This document shows positions 39,414 to 48,924 of a stretch of DNA of 64,000 nt, piece after piece. A program made the position numbers and the translations under genes. Location: NCBI GenBank assembly GCA_013334825.1, contig JAAXWR010000001.1:11769-75768 (forward strand), given 5' to 3'. This DNA is from Candidatus Yonathbacteria bacterium. Its GTDB lineage: Bacteria > Patescibacteriota > Minisyncoccia > Phycocordibacterales > JACNGX01. The stretch's first letter is position 1. Every line of letters starts with the position of its first letter. Below the pieces are notes generated by a model that saw only the letters and a list, made by a program, of their open reading frames with translations, made no database searches and was not told where the DNA came from.

Positions 39414-39755
39414 AGAGTATGAAATACCAAACCCCCGTCCGCGGGGGTTTTTGTTATGTCCCAACCCGCAATACCAACATTTCTGTACCAACTCTTAATG
39501 TTGGTACAGAGTTGGTATCCTATACCAAGGTTAAACCTCGGGAGTATCTTCTGTCATCCTGAACTTTTTACCTTGCTGAAGCCTTGGCGAAGGAAGGTGA
39601 TTCAGGATCTATGGAGCCGTCCGTCATCTGTTCGTCTCTCGACATTCGACACTTGTAACTCGTCTTCCGCGCTTCGTTATACACACCCACACCATCCACA
39701 AAATAAATGAGCAGCGATATACTAGAAGTATTATTCGTCGTTATGGTATCTCCCT

Positions 39756-42700
39756 ATGACTACGTATCATCTCACATCTTTTGCTACAATAATCCGTCGT
39801 ATGACAGGTGTTTTCTCGACCGTTTTCGCGGTCTTTTTTATTGTTGCCTTTGGTGTATACAGACCGGGGATATTGGTATATGCGCAATCATCTGATGAGG
39901 TATCTTTTTCTGTGGAAACATTTGGTGCATTTCTTGTTTCAGAATCTTCAGCATTAATCGAGTGTCATATTTCTGGAGCGATACCTGATGAAATACACAT
40001 GTTTGTTCTTCAAAAAGATGAGACATCATCTCAAGAGATAGAGTCAGTTTTTGTTGAGAGATCTATATATCAGTCACCGTTGTTGTATATACAAGCAAAT
40101 CATTCTTATACCTATCAGTGTATTGGGCGAAGTGATGCGGGGGAAGTACGTGGAGAAGAAAAGACATTCATGACGAAAGGGAATGCAACCGTTCTGGCGA
40201 TAACGCATCAAGGAAAGGAAATTCACGAAGGAGATATTCTTTATACGGAAGATTTTCTCTTCCCGACCGATTCGTATGGCATGGTAATGCAGATGCAATT
40301 TTATTGGCCAGTCTGGGTTGAAAATGGGAGAACACTTTTTGCATTGGTAAGGGGTGTCCCAGGACACCTTGAAGGGGGGAGTCCTCTTGATGATGTAAAT
40401 TATGTGTCCAGTATGCAGGTGTGGGGTGAGGGAGTAAACGGTATTACAAAATATATGGGTCAATACGGGTATGATAATAACAAAGTTTCAATGTTAGCTG
40501 ATGCACGTACGATGCCATCTCTTTACACATTCTTCATTGCTGAACGTCCTCCGAGAGACCAATATGTTACAGATGATGAAATAATGACATGGTTCGCTTC
40601 AGGGGGAAGTGAAGGTGTTGCTCCTATACGCCATGCCACAATGACTTTTGAGTATCGTGGTACACGTCGTCACGATACACCTCCAACCCTCAACTATATC
40701 CCTAATGACTCCTATGCCACCGACGCACACATAGCAGGTAGGGGAGTTGAACCCAACAAAGGTGTCGCGGACAAAGACCCGCTCACGTTCGCCACTCTCT
40801 ATACTGACCAAGACGGTGACACCCCCGCTTACGTTCGTCTATGGGTCAAAGACGCGACAGGCACAGACACCTTTTATGACATGACACGCGAAACGGGCGC
40901 TCACGCGCCCGCCCCCCACACCGACGGCAATACCCAAAACGGCGAATGGTACACATTCACTGGCACATTCCCCAAAGGTATATACTCCTACGCATTTCTT
41001 ACTGCCGACACACATGACGGTAACCCCGGTGAAGAAGTGTCATTCCCCGCGCCACTTTCAGGGACACCCACAGACAATCCGCTTTCCTTCACCACCGGCT
41101 ACAGCAATGTCGCATTCCTGCCGGGGATTGGTGGCAGTCGTCTGTATGCGGATTATGGCGTAGGTGAAATGGTGTGGGAACCAAATGACCTTGCGGATGT
41201 TGCGGAAATTCGTTTGGATACAGACACGCATGAAAGCGCCAATCCGTCTATTGTCGTGTCGGGTATCACCGATGAGATACTCCTTCGTCTTGATGCGTGG
41301 CCAACAACGAATGTTTACAAAACGTTCATGCAGTTCATGGATACACAAGTCGTCGGTGCAGGTATCATCAACACATGGAAGCCACTTGCCTATGACTGGC
41401 GCTTAGGTCTTGATACACTTGTTACGCGTGGAACACATATTGATACACGAAATGGCAATGACGTCATTTCATATAACATAACGACAGAGGGGACAAGTAC
41501 TCCGTATCTTCTTTCAGAACTGCGTCATCTCGCCGACACATCTGATTCGGGCAAGGTGTCTCTCATCGCCCATAGTAATGGCGGGCTCCTCGCCAAATAT
41601 ATACTGAAGCATCTCGTGGATACACACGACCCGCTTCTTGACCGTATTGATACTGTCATGCTTGTCGCTTCGCCACAGTGGGGCACACCAGAAGCTGCCG
41701 CGACACTGTTGCATGGCACAACAAAGATTGGCAAAGGCATGGAACGCGACACCGCCGAAACACTGCCGTCCGCGTATCACTTATTGCCGTCAGAAGCGTA
41801 TCTCGAACATGTGCAAACGCCCGTTTTTGTTTTTGACCCCGAAGTATCTTCCATCTCCGACCTTGTTGATTTCGCGGGTCGCGCAATCGGGGGAAGTGGT
41901 GCGTATGAAGCGTTCACTGACTTTATGACGGGACATGCGGGGACATGGACAGAACCAATCGATGTTGATGCCCCCAATGTCCTTGATACAGAACTTCTTG
42001 CCTATGCCAAAGATGTACACGAAGCACTCGACACGTGGACACCACCCGCGCATGTACGAGTTGTACAAATCGCCGGATGGGGTGTTGATACCATACGAGG
42101 CATCGCATACGACAATTGCGATATTCCGTTTTGTCCGCAAACACTGAGCACACTCGACAGGACATTGCAAAAGACAACACTCGGCGACGGCACCGTCGTT
42201 CTTCCCAGCGCGATTGCGATGTCTGGTGGTGTGGAGACGTATTTTTTGAATTTAGATGCATATAATCATTCGGGACTTCTTTATAGTACTCGAAACAGAA
42301 AACATGCTGGAATCTTAGAAGTTGATATCTTAAAAGACTTTCTCAAAAATATCTTTACAAATACAGACCTTCTTCCCGCATATATTTCTACAATAGAGCC
42401 AACGTCTCCTTTGGCAAGCAAAGCATTACATTTCACCATGCACTCTCCCGTTGCCGTGCATCTCTATGACACGGAAGGAAATCATACAGGCATCATCCCC
42501 AATCCCAATAGTGCATCGGACATTCGCGTCTATGAAGAAAACATTCCCAATTCATATTACGAAGAATGGGGTGAAACGAAATACATCGGTGCATCAGATG
42601 ATGGTCCAATCACACTCGTCCTTGATGGCGAAGGAAGTGGTACCTTTACACTTGAGATAGAAGAAACGCAAGGGAACGAGACAACAGCATATACCGTCTT

Positions 42701-43178
42701 TACAGACATTCCTGTCTCTACAACAAGCGCGGGATCACTCACGATTGCCTCTGTATCTGATGTTGGCGCTCTCACGCTCGACAACAATGGGGACGGTACT
42801 CCCGACGTCTATGCATTCACCGACGAGATGAAAGAGGTGATTGATTACGGTATACTAAAAGAAGCGGTACAGGCACTTTCTTCAAATCAAAAGAAAACGC
42901 TTTTGACACAAATCACCCTCATGGAAGCACTTCACAAACGTGGCGCCGTCATCGCCGAAAAAGCACTTCTTCGTGTATTTGATAAGCAAATTGAGACATT
43001 GGTGAATCCAAAACTTCCCGCAAAGGCACGTATAACCATGGCAGAAAAGGTAAAAATTGACGCGATTGTTACTGTATTATTTGAACAACTTGAGGAACCT
43101 GTAAAAAAGAGAAAGAACGATATCCAAGAAAACATAAAGAAATTGAGAGAACGGATAGTGAATGAATTGCGTAAATAA
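39756..43178 (+). CDS. Large secreted alpha/beta-hydrolase (LCAT/phospholipase-like) multidomain protein
   Basis: FLPGIGGS, YDWR, IAHSNGG nucleophile elbow, ASPQWGTP, GDGTV, HAGIL; N-terminal signal/TM. Confidence 0.8.
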   Translation: MTTYHLTSFATIIRRMTGVFSTVFAVFFIVAFGVYRPGILVYAQSSDEVSFSVETFGAFLVSESSALIECHISGAIPDEIHMFVLQKDETSSQEIESVFVERSIYQSPLLYIQANHSYTYQCIGRSDAGEVRGEEKTFMTKGNATVLAITHQGKEIHEGDILYTEDFLFPTDSYGMVMQMQFYWPVWVENGRTLFALVRGVPGHLEGGSPLDDVNYVSSMQVWGEGVNGITKYMGQYGYDNNKVSMLADARTMPSLYTFFIAERPPRDQYVTDDEIMTWFASGGSEGVAPIRHATMTFEYRGTRRHDTPPTLNYIPNDSYATDAHIAGRGVEPNKGVADKDPLTFATLYTDQDGDTPAYVRLWVKDATGTDTFYDMTRETGAHAPAPHTDGNTQNGEWYTFTGTFPKGIYSYAFLTADTHDGNPGEEVSFPAPLSGTPTDNPLSFTTGYSNVAFLPGIGGSRLYADYGVGEMVWEPNDLADVAEIRLDTDTHESANPSIVVSGITDEILLRLDAWPTTNVYKTFMQFMDTQVVGAGIINTWKPLAYDWRLGLDTLVTRGTHIDTRNGNDVISYNITTEGTSTPYLLSELRHLADTSDSGKVSLIAHSNGGLLAKYILKHLVDTHDPLLDRIDTVMLVASPQWGTPEAAATLLHGTTKIGKGMERDTAETLPSAYHLLPSEAYLEHVQTPVFVFDPEVSSISDLVDFAGRAIGGSGAYEAFTDFMTGHAGTWTEPIDVDAPNVLDTELLAYAKDVHEALDTWTPPAHVRVVQIAGWGVDTIRGIAYDNCDIPFCPQTLSTLDRTLQKTTLGDGTVVLPSAIAMSGGVETYFLNLDAYNHSGLLYSTRNRKHAGILEVDILKDFLKNIFTNTDLLPAYISTIEPTSPLASKALHFTMHSPVAVHLYDTEGNHTGIIPNPNSASDIRVYEENIPNSYYEEWGETKYIGASDDGPITLVLDGEGSGTFTLEIEETQGNETTAYTVFTDIPVSTTSAGSLTIASVSDVGALTLDNNGDGTPDVYAFTDEMKEVIDYGILKEAVQALSSNQKKTLLTQITLMEALHKRGAVIAEKALLRVFDKQIETLVNPKLPAKARITMAEKVKIDAIVTVLFEQLEEPVKKRKNDIQENIKKLRERIVNELRK

Positions 43179-43206
43179 ATGTATTTAATCATTTTATTAT
43201 TTTCTT

Positions 43207-43641
43207 ATGCAGAAAAAACAAAAAGGAATTATCATTATTATAGGATCATTTTTTTTAGGACTCTTTCTTACAAGTTTGTATAATCTTCACATATGTCAGT
43301 CGCGGGGTGTCTTTTGTGGAGATATTCTTGGTGAAATGATTGGGCAGACGTTGGGATTCTTCTCCCTTGCCGCACTCCTTCCCGTCATCATCCTCTCTTT
43401 TATGAAAGAAGAGGTCTATGAAAGATGGTGGAAATTCGCAAAAAAATATCTTATCATTTCCGCAATTCTTATCGTCATTACTCCTTCAACAAGTAGTGGT
43501 ATGCTTGGGGGTCTTGGCGCGGGTGGGGGATATGACCGCGAAGGAATGATATGGTTTCTCACGGGACTCTTTTTCGTCATTTCCGTGATCCTTATTCCTG
43601 TCAAAGCGTGGCAATTACGAAACACGTCATCGAAAAAATAA
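43207..43641 (+). CDS. 4-TM membrane protein, paralog 1 (putative immunity/partner)
   Basis: EEVYERWWKFA, GGGYDRE motifs shared with the next two ORFs. Confidence 0.8.
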   Translation: MQKKQKGIIIIIGSFFLGLFLTSLYNLHICQSRGVFCGDILGEMIGQTLGFFSLAALLPVIILSFMKEEVYERWWKFAKKYLIISAILIVITPSTSSGMLGGLGAGGGYDREGMIWFLTGLFFVISVILIPVKAWQLRNTSSKK

Positions 43642-43728
43642 ACTATTTCCGTGATGATTGATGTCCTTATTGTTTCGTACCAAGGTTAAACCTTGGTAGC
43701 GTTATTACCAATTTATTTTTTTACCAAT

Positions 43729-44178
43729 ATGAAATTAAAACCTCTTTCTAACAGACATTCTGGCTATTTGATGTTGATATCTCTTGTTTTGTTTTTTGCG
43801 GGAATGGTTACAGGGGCTCCTCAGTGGTTCGGGCTGTGTCGGATGTTTGATTTTGGGTGTTATGACTTCTATAGATATCATTTTAGTTATCTCTGGTGGT
43901 TCTCCATCTTTATGCCCGTTCCGTTCCTTCTTGGTCTCATGTCATGGGTAAAAAACAAATCTGAAAAAGTATTCATGGCATGGTGGAAATTTGCTCGCGT
44001 CTATATACCCATAGCGCTCATCCTTATCGTCCTCTCTGACGGAGGCGGAGCACTCAGTGGACTTGGCGCCGGAGGTGGTTTTGACCGTGAGATAACTATC
44101 TGGGTTACTGCAGTTATTTTCTTTCTCATTACCTTCATCCTCCTTCCACTCAAATTCAAAACATATAAAAACGCTTAA
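43729..44178 (+). CDS. 4-TM membrane protein, paralog 2
   Basis: EKVFMAWWKFA, GLGAGGGFDRE. Confidence 0.8.
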   Translation: MKLKPLSNRHSGYLMLISLVLFFAGMVTGAPQWFGLCRMFDFGCYDFYRYHFSYLWWFSIFMPVPFLLGLMSWVKNKSEKVFMAWWKFARVYIPIALILIVLSDGGGALSGLGAGGGFDREITIWVTAVIFFLITFILLPLKFKTYKNA

Positions 44179-44187
44179 CTGAAAAAA

Positions 44188-44435
44188 GCGCCGTCATCGC
44201 CGAAAAAGCACTTCTCTTTGCAATAAAAAAAGAAATAGAGAAACATGATTGTGAATTAGTAAAAGTAAAGAAAGGAAGGAAGCCAGTATGTATTGAAAAA
44301 ACAGATGTGCTTGAGCTTTCTGCCCTTCTTGATGCCATGATAGAGAATATAGAGACACCAATAAAAGAAAGAAGAGTTGAATTGAGAAAAAATATTAGTA
44401 ATATAATCAATAATCTAAAGAAATTATTCAAGTAA
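44188..44435 (+). pseudogene. Start-less alternative C-terminal fragment of the 39756-43178 hydrolase
   Basis: 28-bp identity to 42943-42970, then an open 82-codon frame AVIAEKALLFAIKKEIE...ETPIKERRVELRKNI..KLFK similar to the hydrolase C-terminus. Confidence 0.75.
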
Positions 44436-44446
44436 TACTTATTTTT

Positions 44447-44905
44447 ATGAAACATAAAAAACAACTGAAAATTATTGAAGGACTTTTGTTTATCTCTTTC
44501 ATTTTTATTGGTGGGATTAGATTTTGGAATGAGGTTTTTGTGAATGACTGTATGTCAATATACAGAAATATCTTTCGCTGTGCTGATGTTTCTCTTTTTG
44601 GTGAACACGCTGAGTATATGCTCATATCTCTTTCTTTGTTTTTCTCCATCTTACCACTCCTCTTTCTAAAAGAGACGATATATAATATTTGGAAAAATTT
44701 TGCAGTTGTTGCTTTTCCTCTCCTTTTGCTTCTCGTCTTCACAACACCAGAATCAAGTGGGGGATTGTTCGGACACACAAGTCTCTTTATTCGTGAAGAG
44801 ATTGCTCTCTACTGCTCCATCCTCTTTCTCATCCTTTCCTACATCATTATTGCCGTACAAGCGTGGAGACACGGGGGGAATAAAAGCACTTCTTCGTGTA
44901 TTTAA
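44447..44905 (+). CDS. 4-TM membrane protein, paralog 3
   Basis: ETIYNIWKNFA, TPESSGGLFG..FIREE; same topology with paired Cys loop. Confidence 0.78.
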   Translation: MKHKKQLKIIEGLLFISFIFIGGIRFWNEVFVNDCMSIYRNIFRCADVSLFGEHAEYMLISLSLFFSILPLLFLKETIYNIWKNFAVVAFPLLLLLVFTTPESSGGLFGHTSLFIREEIALYCSILFLILSYIIIAVQAWRHGGNKSTSSCI

Positions 44906-44950
44906 AAAACACATTGAGACATTGGTGAATCCAAAACTTCCCGCATTTCC

Positions 44951-45172
44951 GTACCAAGGTTTTCCGTACCAAGGTTAAACCTTGGTAGCGCCTCACCCAT
45001 CTTTGTATGTCAAGTATGTTTACGCAGGTTAAACCTTGGTATAAATACCAAGGTTTAACCTGCGTAAACTATCGCGAATCATTTTCGTCTTCTGTACCAA
45101 GGTTAAACCTCGGTGACGGATTTTTGTCTGTCAACATGTTGAATGTTTATACCAAGGTTTAACCTTGGTATA
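44951..45172. repeat. Cluster of REP-like palindromes (TACCAAGGTTAAACCTTGGTA) upstream of RAYT
   Basis: Copies at 44967, 45018-45069 (inverted doublet), 45096, 45148; further copies at 25998, 26058, 29005, 38692, 38872, 39523, 43678. Confidence 0.85.
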
Positions 45173-45180
45173 ATGCGTGT

Positions 45181-45900
45181 ATGTTAAGAGATGCTCCCTT
45201 TGTTGAAGGAGAAATATACCATCTATATACGCGTGGTGTTGAAAAAAGAGAGATATTTCTTTCTGATTTTGATCGTAAGAGATTTCAATTATCATTATTT
45301 CTTTCAAATAACAATCATGCAGGGATGCAGATAAGAAATACAATAAAGATTTTTGAAGATAATGGCGCCACTAGTTGGGGAAAGATTTATCAAGAATACG
45401 AAAAAGGGGAGCCATTTGTGGATATTCTCGCCTATGTTCTTATGCCTAATCATTTTCACATACTCGTAAAAGAGCATATACCTGAGGGTGGTGGAATTTC
45501 AAAGTTTATGCAGAAAATCATGAATAGTCATACAGGATATTTTAATAAAGCTAATGAGCGTACAGGTGCATTATTTGAAGGGACGTTCAAGAGTAAACAT
45601 GTAAATGACGAGGCATATTTTCGTTGGTTGTTTTCATATATTCATCTCAATCCACTCAAGTTAATTGAACCCGGATGGCGGGAAGGTATTATTCGCGATA
45701 TGCCCCGCGCGATCCAATTTTTGAATAATTACGCGTGGTCAAGTTTCCCCGACTACGCCGGAGTGGAACGCCCCGAAGGTGTTATTCTTACCAAAGATGC
45801 TCTGCCAGAATATGTTACATTAGTAAAAGACGTTGAAGGTCTTATTGCTGAACGTGCGACACATATACCAAGTGATACAAGGCGTATGCGTTTTTCATGA
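45181..45900 (+). CDS. REP-associated tyrosine transposase (RAYT, Y1_Tnp family)
   Basis: YHLYTRGVEKREIF, YVLMPNHFHIL (HUH), GALFEGTFKS, YIHLNP, YAWSS. Confidence 0.9.
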   Translation: MLRDAPFVEGEIYHLYTRGVEKREIFLSDFDRKRFQLSLFLSNNNHAGMQIRNTIKIFEDNGATSWGKIYQEYEKGEPFVDILAYVLMPNHFHILVKEHIPEGGGISKFMQKIMNSHTGYFNKANERTGALFEGTFKSKHVNDEAYFRWLFSYIHLNPLKLIEPGWREGIIRDMPRAIQFLNNYAWSSFPDYAGVERPEGVILTKDALPEYVTLVKDVEGLIAERATHIPSDTRRMRFS

Positions 45901-46165
45901 TCATATTTTTTCATTGGTATATGTTTTTGTTAGATGGGCTATCAAGTTATGTTTAGTGAGATATTATCTTTCGATTGAAATGAAGAATGGTATGAATTTG
46001 TTGTAAGTTGGTAGCGCGGCGGGCATGCGTGCCCGCCGCGCCGCTTTGTTATGGTCAGAATGTCTCGTCCAAATACTTCTGTGGATAACCTCTTGACAAA
46101 CAGAACATGTCATATACTATGGAAATAGGAATTTCTTTTCTAACACTATAACCCTTGGAGAAGTT

Positions 46166-46750
46166 ATGAAGCGAGTCTATTTGCTGTACCTCATAGGGTT
46201 GTTGATGACAACTTTTATGGGGATACCGACAGTTCTTTTGGGGACTGTGGGTGCGATAAAAACAGTTTTTTTGATAACATTTGTTTGCGGTCTCTTTTTT
46301 GCTCTCATAAAAAAGAGCGAGACTGCGCAGATGTTTGCGATATTTTTTCTCGCCTCAGCGCTTGGTGTCGCAACGGCACTTGGTGTGAAGGGAGATGTGA
46401 ATGGTATCTTGATGTTTGGGGTTGCTTGTATTACTGCGTTTCTTGGAGCAGTTCCTAAACATCTTGTGCATCTGTCTCGAGTGAATATTCGAAAAGAGTA
46501 TAATTCGATGTTTGCTCCCGACAATCCGTTCACGGTATCGCAGGTGCTCGTGTATGCCTTTGCACAGTTTGCCACTGTTGCAATCGCATGTGCACCTAAT
46601 GCACTTACTTTTTCGGTCGTCGCGTTTGGTGGTCTTCTCCTTGTGTTGTATTCAGGGGAAAGAGCGCTGTCGCGCATGCAAAAGAAAAAAAAGGTTATCA
46701 ACTGTCCCGCTTGTTTGGGACGGGGAAATATCCATCATCATGCCGCCTGA
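46166..46750 (+). CDS. Hypothetical membrane protein with C-terminal CxxCxGxG
   Basis: About 6 TM; own promoter (TTGACA 46093) and terminator hairpin. Confidence 0.7.
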   Translation: MKRVYLLYLIGLLMTTFMGIPTVLLGTVGAIKTVFLITFVCGLFFALIKKSETAQMFAIFFLASALGVATALGVKGDVNGILMFGVACITAFLGAVPKHLVHLSRVNIRKEYNSMFAPDNPFTVSQVLVYAFAQFATVAIACAPNALTFSVVAFGGLLLVLYSGERALSRMQKKKKVINCPACLGRGNIHHHAA

Positions 46751-46841
46751 AATAGGGCGGCTTTTTGTTTGCTTTACAAATAGTGATAAATATGTTTAAA
46801 TATAAACAGGGTCTTTTGTAACATATAAAAATGGAAAAGAA

Positions 46842-47099
46842 ATGAAAAAATCATCTTTGATTTTCTGGGCACTCGTTTTTGGAGTGTCCGTTGCCCTTTC
46901 TGCCATTGAGGGTGGGGGGACGACGATGCAGAACGTCCTTTCGGGCACTCTGAGTTTTTTCGGAATAATTTCTTTCGCTATTGCGCGCCACAACTTGCAC
47001 GCAATACGTAGTGCGTGGAGTTGTGCTTCGTCGGCATATGCCGAAGCGCTCCGTGGAGTAAACACAGAACTTCATGCACGAAATAGGTATCGTTTTTGA
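46842..47099 (+). CDS. Small hypothetical membrane protein
   Basis: Two TM; followed by CCGCCCTTCGGGGCGG-TTTT terminator. Confidence 0.55.
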   Translation: MKKSSLIFWALVFGVSVALSAIEGGGTTMQNVLSGTLSFFGIISFAIARHNLHAIRSAWSCASSAYAEALRGVNTELHARNRYRF

Positions 47100-47205
47100 C
47101 CGCCCTTCGGGGCGGCTTTTTTGTCTAAAAAACTTTCGTACAACACGTCTTTCGGTTATCCACAGGGGTAGGTGGCACTTGCTTGAGAATGGTAAAATAG
47201 AAAAC

Positions 47206-47448
47206 ATGATTACGGAAGCATTACACAGTGCGGCACGCTTTACGATGGGCTTTGCCACAATCGTAGGTGTGAGCGCAGGGCTTACGCTCGCAGTTAATCA
47301 TCTTGCGGCGCAAGCGCCGAATAATGATAAAGCTATTGCGAGTCCCGCGGCCGTTGGGTCTCTCGGTCCGGACGCGTTGGGAACGGCATCTGCTCCTGTC
47401 GCGGACAATACATCATTTGCCTCGGAAGAGGATTCGGTGGTGAGATAA
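47206..47448 (+). CDS. Small hypothetical single-TM protein
   Basis: TGgTAAAAT 7 nt before ATG; one TM. Confidence 0.55.
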   Translation: MITEALHSAARFTMGFATIVGVSAGLTLAVNHLAAQAPNNDKAIASPAAVGSLGPDALGTASAPVADNTSFASEEDSVVR

Positions 47449-47585
47449 TTAATGTACACTGAGAACACTATGTCCAGATGATAGAGTCTTGGATTTGTAT
47501 ACTCAGCGCGCGCCATTGCTATGGCGCGCGCTGAACGTATATAGCACTTGCAAAACATCCTATTTTTGCGTATAGTATCGTCCAT

Positions 47586-47665
47586 AAGCCGAAGAAAGTG
47601 GGGGTCTGCATACAGACTTAAGTGAGGGATATAGTCCCAAACCCTGCCGAGGTCGAAATCTGCGG
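47586..47665 (+). promoter_or_regulatory. Ribosomal protein L10 leader
   Basis: CCGAAGAAAGTGGGGG...TTAA...CCCTGCCGAGG pattern directly upstream of rplJ. Confidence 0.75.
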
Positions 47666-47753
47666 AACGCACAATCTGCGTTTTGTATACGGCTTACAGC
47701 CGTTTTTATATTGTCCATAGTGGCGGTATAAAAACATTTAACAGTTACTTTGT

Positions 47754-48242
47754 ATGGCAATTACACAACAAAAGAAAGAGACGATTGTTGGTTCGTTAAA
47801 GGATGGTTTGAAGGACGCACAATCCGCGGTATTCGTTGGATTTCGTGGACTTTCCGTTGCTGATACAACCGAACTTCGTCGAGCATTGCGTGCTGAAGGT
47901 GTGAAGTATACCGTTGCCAAGAAGACGCTCATGCGTCGGGCACTTGAAGAAACCGCCCCTAAGGGTGAACTTCCTGAACTTCCTGGAGAAGTGGCTATCG
48001 CGTATGGAACCGATCTTCTCACGCCTGCTCGTGAAGTATATGCCTTTGAAAAAAGGTTTAAAGAAAAAGTAAAGATTCTCGGAGGTATCTTTGATGGTAC
48101 GTACAAGAATCAGGCAGACATGTTGTCTATCGCGGCAATTCCTTCACCGGAAGTTCTCCGTGGCATGTTTGTCAATGTTATCAACAGCCCGATTCAAGGT
48201 CTGGTCATTGCACTAGATCAAATCGCGCAAAAGAAAGGATAA
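47754..48242 (+). CDS. rplJ: 50S ribosomal protein L10
   Basis: FRGLSVADTTELRRALR, VAKKTLMRRAL, ILGGIFDG. Confidence 0.95.
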   Translation: MAITQQKKETIVGSLKDGLKDAQSAVFVGFRGLSVADTTELRRALRAEGVKYTVAKKTLMRRALEETAPKGELPELPGEVAIAYGTDLLTPAREVYAFEKRFKEKVKILGGIFDGTYKNQADMLSIAAIPSPEVLRGMFVNVINSPIQGLVIALDQIAQKKG

Positions 48243-48308
48243 GGATATACGTACGTATGTGCGTATAACCAACGCTTATTTATCTCATTTATTATTTATA
48301 CATATTGT

Positions 48309-48815
48309 ATGGCAGATGAACTATTGAATGATACAGTGGATACAACTGAAGAAGTATCTACTCCGGAAGTTGTTACAGAAACAGCAGCTCCCGCCGCTCC
48401 GGTGCAAGACGCTCCTGTTGCCGATCTTGGCGAAGAGGTGGAAGTTCCGGAAAAATTTAAAAAGATTGTTTCGGCAATCGAAGATATGTCCGTGCTTGAT
48501 TTGCACGAATTGGTAAAAGTATTTGAAAAGAAATTTGGTGTATCTGCTGCCGCAGTCGCGGTTGCTGGTGCTGGCGCAGGTGCAGCTGATGCTGCTGATG
48601 AGCAGACATCATTCACTGTTGAGCTTTCTGATGCGGGGGCATCCAAGATTGCCGTCATCAAGGTGGTGAAAGAAGCTCTTGGCCTCGGTCTTAAGGAAGC
48701 GAAAGATATGGTAGATGCCGCTCCGGCCGAACTCAAGAAAGATATGAAAAAGGAAGACGCCGAAGCACTCAAGAAACAACTTGAAGAAGCAGGTGCAAAA
48801 GTGAACTTGAAATAA
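48309..48815 (+). CDS. rplL: 50S ribosomal protein L7/L12 with N-terminal extension
   Basis: [49 protein letters not shown]. Confidence 0.96.
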   Translation: MADELLNDTVDTTEEVSTPEVVTETAAPAAPVQDAPVADLGEEVEVPEKFKKIVSAIEDMSVLDLHELVKVFEKKFGVSAAAVAVAGAGAGAADAADEQTSFTVELSDAGASKIAVIKVVKEALGLGLKEAKDMVDAAPAELKKDMKKEDAEALKKQLEEAGAKVNLK

Positions 48816-48847
48816 TAGAAAACGACAAAAATAAAAAAGAAAATTAT

Positions 48848-48886
48848 ATAACGTAAGCGCGGCCCTTCGGGCCGCGCTTACGTTAT
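48848..48886 (+). terminator. Hairpin after rplL
   Basis: ATAACGTAAGCGCGGCCC-TTC-GGGCCGCGCTTACGTTAT. Confidence 0.7.
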
Positions 48887-48924
48887 CTCTGAAAAGATAT
48901 GTTCTTCATGATAGAATAGTGTAT

